From a virus, in IMG/VR virus record IMGVR_UViG_3300045988_176431, positions 32,001 through 96,000 of that record: 64,000 nucleotides of DNA; one strand, given 5' to 3'. The notes under the pieces were generated by a model, which worked only from the letters and a program-made list of their open reading frames with translations, had not been told where the DNA came from and searched no databases. This document shows, piece after piece, positions 1 to 8,064 of this stretch (position 1 is the stretch's first letter; each line of letters opens with the position of its first letter). The position numbers and the translations under genes are program-made.

Positions 1-635
1 CTGCTTATATACCAATTTATAATCCTGGACAATTTGTTCAGTTATTTGGTGTTGGTGTAACTGGAACTGCTGAAAATAATATTACAGTTCATAAAGTAGG
101 TTATCGTGAAACCTCTATTAATATGGAGGGTGACCCAAATGGTATTATGTATCCATTTCGATATACTGCATCTGAATTAGATCCTGCTGAAAAAACAAAA
201 TATTTCGGTAAGCGTTTAGATACAGAGACAGGTGCTATTGGATATTACTTAAAGAGATTTGAAGGAAGACCTCAAATTAAACATGTGTGGAAAACACAAG
301 ATACAATGGACTCTTCGAATGAATCTCTTGTAACTAATGATACTTTACATGAATTAACAAGAAATGATGCAATTCAGTCATTTTGTGAAATGCATTTACA
401 AATTACAAAGAAGGATTTAAAAGAATTCTTTACCGATAAATTAGAGCAGCCAGAATCATGTCGATTCAATTGTATTGCTCTTTATGATGGATATTATACA
501 GAAGAAGGAAAACAAGATAATGAGTTATTTGGAGATTATGCAAACGTAAGACTATTCTCAAAGTTGAATATTCCTACTGAACATCTTAGTCTTCAGAAAG
601 ACCTTGAAATTATCTATCGTGTATATGGTAGTTAA
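1..635 (+). CDS. hypothetical protein, 5' end outside window
   Basis: The frame of the 123..635 ORF stays open back to nt 3 (AYIPIYNPGQF...). It is followed by a strong hairpin terminator. I can name no motif. Confidence 0.6.
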   Translation, partial: AYIPIYNPGQFVQLFGVGVTGTAENNITVHKVGYRETSINMEGDPNGIMYPFRYTASELDPAEKTKYFGKRLDTETGAIGYYLKRFEGRPQIKHVWKTQDTMDSSNESLVTNDTLHELTRNDAIQSFCEMHLQITKKDLKEFFTDKLEQPESCRFNCIALYDGYYTEEGKQDNELFGDYANVRLFSKLNIPTEHLSLQKDLEIIYRVYGS

Positions 636-641
636 AACCAA

Positions 642-681
642 TTGTGGAGAACCAAGTATTTTGAAACTTGGTTCTCCACAA
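642..681 (+). terminator. intrinsic terminator hairpin
   Basis: 16-bp perfect stem TTGTGGAGAACCAAGT / ACTTGGTTCTCCACAA, followed by T-rich sequence. Confidence 0.75.
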
Positions 682-684
682 TAT

Positions 685-697
685 TTATATATTATTT
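685..697 (+). promoter_or_regulatory. recurrent intergenic 13-mer TTATATATTATTT (candidate phage promoter), copy 1
   Basis: Exact 13-mer about 70 nt upstream of the tubulin gene. It is followed by the hairpin GTAAAATC..GATTTTAC. Confidence 0.5.
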
Positions 698-768
698 TAT
701 AGTAAAATCTTATAATTGATTTTACGAGATACAATAAAACAAATTTATTATGAAAGGAGGTTACAACT

Positions 769-1917
769 ATGTTAAATGTAGGTGTAATCGGAATCGGAAA
801 CTGTGGTAATCAGGTAGCAAAATTGGCAATGAATGAATTGAAATGTGATGTATTAGCAATCAATTCTTCAAAGAATGATTTGAGTACTCTTGGAGAAGGA
901 GTTCCAGTACTTTGTCTTGGTGATGAAAGAGGAGCTGGAAAGAACAGAACAGAAGCAAAATTATTCCTGAAGAAATCCATTATGGATATGATTCAGAAGG
1001 AAGAGTTTAAAAATTTCATGTCAGAGAAAGATGTGATTTTCATTGTAAGTAGCACAGGTGGTGGAACTGGTTCAGGAATGGCACCAGTATTATCTTCTAT
1101 TATCCGTAAATCATTTAGAGATGAAGAGGGTAAAGAAAAGACTGTCATTTTGATTGGCGTTCTTCCAAAACTCAGTGAAGCATATTCTACTCAGGTAAAT
1201 ACTTTAGAGTATATGGAAGAACTTCATAGTTCCATTGAGAATCCTACATACATGATGTATGATAATGAGAGACTCTCAAAAGAACCTACTCATGTTATGA
1301 TGCAGCGTATTAATCAGAGTATCATTGATGATATTCATGTACTTCAGGGTTATTACAACTTCTCTACGCCATTTAGTTCAATTGATGAGAAAGACATGAA
1401 GATGATTATTCAGACAACTGGAAGAATTTTCATTGCTTCTCTTACCGGATTGAAAGAGAAAGATGTTGATGAAAAATCAATCGAAGATCTTTTAGTTGAG
1501 AAGATTAAGAGAAATACTCATGCTGAGATTGACCGTAATAAGGTTGTAAACCGCACAGGAATTATTACAAATCTCTCAGAGAACTTGAATAATCAGTTTG
1601 ATACACATCTTCAGACAGTTCAGGAATTTGTTGGTTCTCCAATTGAAGAGTTTGAACATGTTGTTGTGAATTCAGAGAGAGCTGCAGAAAATAATGTATT
1701 CTTTATCATGTCTGGTCTCACATCTATGAATGATCGTGTAGAAAAGATTAAAGAAAGAATTGAAGAGATTCAGGAACTTCAGAAGACACAGGCAGAAGAG
1801 AATGCTCTTGATGGTGTTGATATTTCTGAGTTGAATCAGAAGAGAGAATATCGTGAATCTGCTTCCAGTGATGAGAAAGTAAATCTGGAAGGAATCTTTG
1901 CTGACTTTAATGTCTGA
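769..1917 (+). CDS. tubulin/FtsZ-superfamily GTPase (PhuZ/TubZ-like phage tubulin)
   Basis: Tubulin signature GGGTGSG in SSTGGGTGSGMAP. N-terminal glycine-rich strand VGVIGIGNCGNQVA. Acidic C-terminal tail. RBS AAAGGAGG upstream. Confidence 0.9.
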   Translation: MLNVGVIGIGNCGNQVAKLAMNELKCDVLAINSSKNDLSTLGEGVPVLCLGDERGAGKNRTEAKLFLKKSIMDMIQKEEFKNFMSEKDVIFIVSSTGGGTGSGMAPVLSSIIRKSFRDEEGKEKTVILIGVLPKLSEAYSTQVNTLEYMEELHSSIENPTYMMYDNERLSKEPTHVMMQRINQSIIDDIHVLQGYYNFSTPFSSIDEKDMKMIIQTTGRIFIASLTGLKEKDVDEKSIEDLLVEKIKRNTHAEIDRNKVVNRTGIITNLSENLNNQFDTHLQTVQEFVGSPIEEFEHVVVNSERAAENNVFFIMSGLTSMNDRVEKIKERIEEIQELQKTQAEENALDGVDISELNQKREYRESASSDEKVNLEGIFADFNV

Positions 1918-1945
1918 TTGATAAAATGATTTAATCCCCAAATAT

Positions 1946-1989
1946 AATATGTGATGAACAATTAATTTTTATTATGTTCATCACATATT
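1946..1989 (+). terminator. hairpin terminator
   Basis: 15-bp stem AATATGTGATGAACA / TGTTCATCACATATT. Confidence 0.7.
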
Positions 1990-2031
1990 AGTAACTTTAA
2001 ACACAACTTTTTTAAAGAAAGGAGTGCTACT

Positions 2032-3006
2032 ATGGCACAACAGAATCAAAGGAAAAAGGTTAGAATTCCTGAAGAAGTTGAATACTTCTCAAAAAGAAAA
2101 TTCAAAAAGTTCAAGAAAAAGAACAAAGATTATTATGACTCAAAGAAAGAGTTAAAAGAAGCGTATTTTTCGGAAATCCTTTATGATGTTCCGAAAGTGA
2201 TTGAATTCCTCTTAAGATTCTCACATATTCAGAGTGATGAAGTAAAAGAGATTAAATCACGTTGTTATGAACAGTTTAGCGGAAAACCTGAAAGTCCGGC
2301 TTTTATTAAATATATTACAAAGTTAGTAAAAGCAGATGGGAATGAAGCAATTCCGAATATTGAGTATTTTCCAATTATTCTTCATGAGATTATTTCGGAC
2401 ATTAACCGATATAATGAAGAAGCAAAGAAGGAAAATCCAGAAGCAGAAGTATTTGATGCTTCTGAACTCTATGAGCTTTCAAATGTTATCTTGAAAAAGA
2501 AGCTTAAGAAAGCAAAGAAAAAAGGAATTGATGACGCAGTTGCGTTTGATTGTTTATCCGTAATTCCTACGGAAGATGCTATGAAATTCTCACCATACTT
2601 CCGAATCAAATCTGTATTTGAAATTATGTATTTACATGCAAAAACAAAACAGATTGATTTTAAGAAGATGATGGATTTGCTTTTAGACGGAGAGTATTAT
2701 GATGTCGTAATCAGTTTTGCTCTTCAGGAAAGAAAAGAGAAATTCCAGAAGTTCAATGAACAACAGAAGAGTTTCTTTAATGATATTAGTGAATGGGTAT
2801 TCAATGAGTTAGAAGATATGGATAAGAAGACCATTGAGAATATCATCCAGACCTATATCAAAACAAGAAAAAGAGATGCTGAACAGAATAAAGATGGAAA
2901 TAGAAGATACTTTATTAGTTCTCTTCCAGAAACATCTTATCCAAAAATTTGTAAAGCTGTTGAACGAATTAAAAATTCAGATGAAACAGCAGAAAAATAT
3001 TTATAA
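2032..3006 (+). CDS. hypothetical Lys-rich protein
   Basis: 324-aa ORF with RBS AAAGGAG. No recognisable motif. Confidence 0.75.
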   Translation: MAQQNQRKKVRIPEEVEYFSKRKFKKFKKKNKDYYDSKKELKEAYFSEILYDVPKVIEFLLRFSHIQSDEVKEIKSRCYEQFSGKPESPAFIKYITKLVKADGNEAIPNIEYFPIILHEIISDINRYNEEAKKENPEAEVFDASELYELSNVILKKKLKKAKKKGIDDAVAFDCLSVIPTEDAMKFSPYFRIKSVFEIMYLHAKTKQIDFKKMMDLLLDGEYYDVVISFALQERKEKFQKFNEQQKSFFNDISEWVFNELEDMDKKTIENIIQTYIKTRKRDAEQNKDGNRRYFISSLPETSYPKICKAVERIKNSDETAEKYL

Positions 3007-3024
3007 TTTACGGGGGATTAGATT

Positions 3025-3999
3025 ATGAAAAATGGAATTTATTCGATTTATATGGGAAGTAGTGAGAATATCGACAAAATTGAGAACACTACTTGTTTCT
3101 CATTAATCGAAAAAGAAAGCAAAAGACAAACCAAAGATGGTAAAAATCCAGTAATTCGTTTCTTATATAACGAATTGAATGGTCAGAGAATTAAGGTTCC
3201 ACCAAGATTCCAAATTACAAATATGGAAGAAGTACCGGATGTTGTAGAATACGATAATGAACACTTCACATCCATTCGTAAGTTGAAATTTGATTTCAAG
3301 GCAAATACAAAGGGAAATAATCGAAAAGGAAAGAGTGATATTTCAGTTTTATTAAACTTTAGTACACTTTCACCATTTCTTTCTCTCACTAACAAAGATG
3401 CAAGTTATTTGTATCTCACAATTGATACAAGCTCTCTTAGCTTGATTCAGTATTCGAAATCAAATATTATTGCAACCTTTAAGAATCCAAAAGCTAATAT
3501 TCTTGGATGCTTGATTGAACTCACAGATGAGGTTCCGCTTACATTCTATACAAGAGATAATTCAAAAAGAGGATTCTTTAAAGTTCATTGTTTCTCTTTA
3601 GATGAGGGTGAGTTGGTTTATACCGTTTCTTCTGATTTAGTTCCAGAAGAATTAAGGAGTATGAGAGCTCTTTGGAACCGTAAGAAGAAAACAAGGACAT
3701 TCCTGTATAACTTTAATGTTATGCCGGCAGCTCATTTGACTCATACAGAAACTGAAGAGAGACCGAATTCGATTGTTTGTAAAGCAAGAGAAGATTGTGA
3801 ATCAGATGATGAGTTCGTTAAAGAAGTAGAAGAGTCATTAAGAGCAGCAATTGGATATGTTCCAAAAGCAGTTGTTCTTGATAAAGACTTTACAGACATG
3901 ACATATGAAGATATGATTAAACTTCGTTTCACATATGTCTTTGGAACTAGAGAGAATGAAGATGGTTCCACTTATACGGTAACTTTAAAATCAAACTAA
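3025..3999 (+). CDS. hypothetical protein
   Basis: 324-aa ORF with RBS GGGGGA 7 nt upstream. Confidence 0.75.
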   Translation: MKNGIYSIYMGSSENIDKIENTTCFSLIEKESKRQTKDGKNPVIRFLYNELNGQRIKVPPRFQITNMEEVPDVVEYDNEHFTSIRKLKFDFKANTKGNNRKGKSDISVLLNFSTLSPFLSLTNKDASYLYLTIDTSSLSLIQYSKSNIIATFKNPKANILGCLIELTDEVPLTFYTRDNSKRGFFKVHCFSLDEGELVYTVSSDLVPEELRSMRALWNRKKKTRTFLYNFNVMPAAHLTHTETEERPNSIVCKAREDCESDDEFVKEVEESLRAAIGYVPKAVVLDKDFTDMTYEDMIKLRFTYVFGTRENEDGSTYTVTLKSN

Positions 4000-4007
4000 G
4001 TAATTAG

Positions 4008-4020
4008 TTATATATTATTT
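4008..4020 (+). promoter_or_regulatory. TTATATATTATTT motif, copy 2
   Basis: Exact 13-mer, followed by the palindrome TATCAATATATTGATA, upstream of the 4067 gene. Confidence 0.5.
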
Positions 4021-4066
4021 CAACGATATCAATATATTGATAATAAACAAAAAGGAGGACATAATT

Positions 4067-4585
4067 ATGTCAAAGAAAGACAAGAAAAAAATGGCGTCAG
4101 TTTATGGTTCAATCGGAGAAGCAGATCCGGTAAAACTTATTTCCAATCGTGTAGGAAAACGTGGAAAACTTCATGGTGATAAAAAAGAAAAGAAAATGCT
4201 GAGAAATGCATGTCCACATCATATTATCACTAGAAAAGGTAAACTTCGTGCAACAACAGAGCAGGATGGAAAAGGAAATGTTCGCTGCTATATCTGCGGA
4301 GATATTATCCCAATGAAGTTTGCGGATGATGCTGAAATCCGTAAAGCAACAAACGGATTTTACAAGTATGTAACTCAGGGTAAATTGATGGCTCAGGCAA
4401 TTGGTGCCGGAAAGAAAGCAATTCGTCAGGTGACGGACACTGCTACACTTACAAAAGCATTTCCTAAACTCTATGTCAACATGAGAAATGTTGCACAGAA
4501 ACAGGATAAAGCTAAGAAAAATAAGAAGAAGAAACGTTATGGTGGTTCTTCTACTTATGGTTCATGGGGAAGTAGAAGATACTAA
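4067..4585 (+). CDS. basic protein with zinc-ribbon-like CxHH...CxxC motif
   Basis: RBS AAAGGAGG 8 nt upstream of the ATG at 4067 (MSKKDKKK). CPHH..CYIC motif. Lys-rich termini. Confidence 0.7.
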   Translation: MSKKDKKKMASVYGSIGEADPVKLISNRVGKRGKLHGDKKEKKMLRNACPHHIITRKGKLRATTEQDGKGNVRCYICGDIIPMKFADDAEIRKATNGFYKYVTQGKLMAQAIGAGKKAIRQVTDTATLTKAFPKLYVNMRNVAQKQDKAKKNKKKKRYGGSSTYGSWGSRRY

Positions 4586-4611
4586 TATATAGGTATCTGA
4601 AACGATAAAAT

Positions 4612-4648
4612 AAAGTATGAGAGGATTTCTCTCATACTTTATTTTTTT
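4612..4648 (+). terminator. intrinsic terminator
   Basis: 12-bp stem AAAGTATGAGAG / CTCTCATACTTT followed by a T7 run. Confidence 0.85.
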
Positions 4649-4683
4649 CTTTTTATTACTTCATTTTTATAAGATTCATTAAC

Positions 4684-4696
4684 TTATATATTATTT
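4684..4696 (+). promoter_or_regulatory. TTATATATTATTT motif, copy 3
   Basis: Exact 13-mer upstream of the topoisomerase B gene. Confidence 0.5.
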
Positions 4697-4770
4697 ATCT
4701 GTACTTATTAATATATGTTACACGAGGAGGTGTACGCTTTATAATGTTATTTTTAAAATAACAAATATTT

Positions 4771-5138
4771 ATGAAAAAAATGAAAGGAGAAAACGATAGA
4801 AAAATGGCAAATAAAGATGATGTTATATTTTATGCAGAAGATGACCTAAAGAAAATACAGTTAAAACCAAATATGTATATTCAAAAATTTGGTGCTTTAG
4901 GAACATTTCATCTTTCAAAAGAATGTATTCAAAACTCAATTGATGAGTTAGAGAATCCAAATACAAATGGAACATGTATTAAGGTTACTTATAATAAAAA
5001 GAGTGACCGTTTAATTGTAGAAGATGATGGTCGTGGTATTCCAGAAGAAGGATATCCGATTGACATTGTGTGTACAGAAATTCAATCTGGTTCTAAATTC
5101 TTTAGAGCTGGTGGTAAAAGTAGTGGTGAGTTCGGTGT
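4771..5138 (+). CDS. gyrB: type IIA topoisomerase subunit B (GyrB/ParE family), exon 1
   Basis: GHKL ATPase motifs: ECIQNSIDE (N box) and EDDGRGIP (G1). The exon ends inside the GEFGV/G ATP-lid motif. The start codon is uncertain (4771, 4780 or 4804). Confidence 0.85.
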
Positions 5139-5913
5139 TGTTGTAAATAGCACCCTTATCTAGTAATAGATATTGAAAAACCTATCTAATTGCGGGGAAC
5201 TCTCGTTAGGTCTTAACTACTAACTCAAGATTATTATTTGAGGGCAAAGGGTAATTCCGGAGATATAGTAAAAAGGTTAAGAATAGAGACAATCGACGCA
5301 GCGAAGTTTATTCTAAAAAATAAATAATATGAAATATAAAGAATCAATAATTTTTATAAACGGTGAAAAAAACAAATTATTTAGTTAATACAAAAGGTGA
5401 TGTTATTTCTTTATGTTATAGAGGTATACCTAATAATAGGCATATTATGAAATGAGTAAATTATCTGAATCAGATGTTAAAAATATTTGTAAATTGTTAA
5501 AAAGTAATGTAAATCCAACTGACATTGCAAATAAATTAAATATATCAAGATCAAGTGTTTATAGTATTAAATATAAAAAAACTTGGAGAAGAATATCTGA
5601 TAAGTATTTAAAAGGAAGTGATAAAAAATGATTAGAAATAATATTCGCCGTTTATATTTAAATTATATTATTTAAATATAGAATAAATAAGTTCAACGAC
5701 TATCGAAAGTATAGGTTAAGAGAAATACTTAACTGAATAAACGAGTAGAGTAGACCAGGAGTCTGGGTGCACGAAATTGGTGCTTTACGAAATGGTAGGC
5801 TCCTTATATTTGGTAACAGAATATAAGGATGAAGATATAGTCTAGTATCTCATGGCGACATGAGGAAGTTTATTATAAAACTGGGTTATTTAACGAATAA
5901 TCTGAATACAACG
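5139..5913 (+). mobile_element. group I intron A (decayed homing-endonuclease ORF in a loop)
   Basis: Shared intron core (TAATTGCGGGGAACTCTCGTTA ... AGAGACAATCGACGCAG ... CAACGACTATCGAAAG ... AAGATATAGTC). P1 pairs GGTGT with GCACC, with a terminal U-G. Splicing gives GEFGV-GLTVTNALSS, matching GyrB GGLHGVGASVVNALS. Confidence 0.85.
5329..5631 (+). pseudogene. degenerate HNH homing endonuclease remnant
   Basis: A short N-terminal stub MKYKESIIFINGEKNKLFS* is followed by a 59-aa ORF (5452..5631). That ORF, SESDVKNICKLLKSNVNPTDIANKLNISRSSVYSIKYKKTWRRISDKY, is homologous to the helix-turn-helix middle module of the two intact intron endonucleases. The HNH domain is missing. Confidence 0.7.
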
Positions 5914-8047
5914 AGGATTGACAGTAACTAATGCCCTCAGTTCATATTTTAAGTTAGCAACATATAGAAATGATTATGTTCATATTATTGAGTTTGAAGA
6001 GGGTAAAAAGATTAATGATGTGAATCGTCCTTTGAAAAAAGGAGAAAAGAAACATGGAACCATTACTGAATTTACTGTAAATGAAAAATATATGGGAAAG
6101 AATTCATCTCTTCCAATTGATACAGTAGTAGATTGGATTGATATGATGACTTATCAAATATCTGCTAAGATTAAAATCACAGTAGATATTTACGATGGTA
6201 TTAATCGAGTAGAAACAAAGAAATTTAAGGCTAGACCATTTGGTAAAATCATTGAGAAATTCGTTCCTGATATTAAGAAAGTTTTCTATGATCCAATTAT
6301 TTTATCTGGTGATTCTAGTATTGTTGAAACAATTACAGATTCAACGATTGATAGTAAAACGGATAAAGTAAAAGTAAAAGATAAGAAAGTGAAAAAAGAT
6401 ATTCATTTGGATGTTGTATTTACACATGATGATACACCAGAAAATGATTATGTATCTTTCTGTAATTTTACAAAGACAGATGAGGGTGGTGTTCATTTAG
6501 ATTCTGTTGAAGAGGTTGTTTGTCGTTTCTTCCAACAGAAAACAAAATCTTTTATGACAGATAAAGAAAAAGAGAAATGGGACATTACTTGGGCAGATAT
6601 TAAGTATGGACTTAAGATGGTTGTAAATCTTTCAACAAGTGCACAAGTTCAGTTTATGGGTAATGCAAAGAATAAAATTCAGAACGCTGAATTAAAACCG
6701 ATTCTGAAAGAAATCATTAATACTGAATTAACGAAGTATTATGAAAAGAATGAAGGAAAGATTCAAAGTATATGTAAACTGATTAAGTTGAATGCAAGAG
6801 CACGTGTAGAATCTCAGAAAGTTCGTACAGCAACGAAGATTCAAAAATTAGACCGTTTTGATGAACTTTCAATTCCTAACTATGTAAGTTGTAATAACAG
6901 AGGAAAGAAGTATAAAGAATTATTCCTTGTAGAGGGTGAACGTTCTGCAACAGGTTCTGTTCGTAATGGTAGAAATCACGATACACAGGCAATCTTTGGA
7001 TTCCGAGGTGTGACAAAGAATCCATATAAATGTAGTGTAAGCGAAGTTCTAAGTAACAACGAGTGGAAGAACTTTATAAAGGTATTAAGAACTGGATTCG
7101 GAAAAGATTTTGATATTAATAAATTATATTATGACAAAATCATTTTGTTAACAGATGCCGATATTGATGGATTTTATATTTCATCTGGTATTTGTGCATT
7201 TATTGCACTTCTTATGCCAGAGATTATTACAGAGGGTCATTTATACAAAGTATATCCACCATTATATCAGATTAAGGATGGAAAGAAATTTAAGTTCTTA
7301 AATTCAAAATCTGATTTAACAGAAGAATTCATGAAGAAAGTTACAAAGAAATATAAGATTTATCTTCAAGGAGATAAGAATCCTTTATCAAAGGATGAAC
7401 TTTTTGAGTTCTTATATGACACGCTTGAGTATTATAATGATTTGAAAGACCTTGGTAAATATTTCTCAGTGGATAAATATTTCATTGAGAGAGTTGCTAA
7501 CTTCTTATTAATTAATGATATTCACAAAGCAACAAATGTAGATAAGTATTTAGAAAGTAATAAATTCGTTACTTCTTTTATGAACTATTTACAGAAAGAA
7601 TATCCAGAAGTAAATCTGGAAAAGAAAAATCGTTTACGTGGTGTAGTAGAAGGACAGATTGCATCAATTAAGATAAACGATAGAAATCTTAAGAAGTTCT
7701 CTGATTTTGAGAATATCTTTAAAGATTATGGTTATGAAATCGTGATCGAAAATAAGGATACAAAGGAAAAGAGAACAATTACAGTCGGTAGATTTATGGA
7801 GGAAACTTATCCATTACGTCCAGATATTTATAGCCGATTTAAAGGACTTGGTGAAACTGATGCTGAAGATATGGGTAAAACTACGCTAGATCCAGAGAAT
7901 CGAATCTTAGTTCAACTTACGATGGATGATGCAAAAGAAGCATTGAAAATCTTTAATAAGTTAAATGGTAATAAAAAGAAGGATTCTGAACTTCGAAAAG
8001 AAATGATGCGTCAGTATAAGATTGATAAAGAAAATCTGGATAACTAA
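5914..8047 (+). CDS. gyrB: type IIA topoisomerase subunit B, exon 2
   Basis: Contains the TOPRIM motifs ELFLVEGERSA and LLTDADIDG. The C-terminal GLGE motif is in YSRFKGLGETDAED. Confidence 0.9.
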
Positions 8048-8064
8048 AAGGAGGGTGAACAGAA

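Noticed and set aside
1-635. Calling the truncated first ORF a major capsid protein, a tail sheath protein or a chimallin-like shell protein, because of its strong terminator and its position next to the tubulin gene.
   Set aside because: I can recognise no diagnostic motif in the 211 visible residues, so the assignment would be a guess.
2834-3028. Nested same-strand ORF 2834-3028 overlapping the end of 2032-3006. Similar nested ORFs are 50919-51107 and 60309-60557.
   Set aside because: They are out-of-frame ORFs inside longer genes with better RBS support, and they have no independent signals.
4743-4760. The five-codon uORF MLFLK with a strong RBS upstream of the topoisomerase B gene, as an independent feature.
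   Set aside because: It is too short to support as a gene from sequence alone. I mention it only as a possible leader element under the topoisomerase finding.
5139-5913. Inteins as the explanation for the split topoisomerase, terminase and RNAP genes.
   Set aside because: The intervening sequences contain stops in all frames and lack intein blocks. They are conserved at the RNA level, with compensatory base changes.
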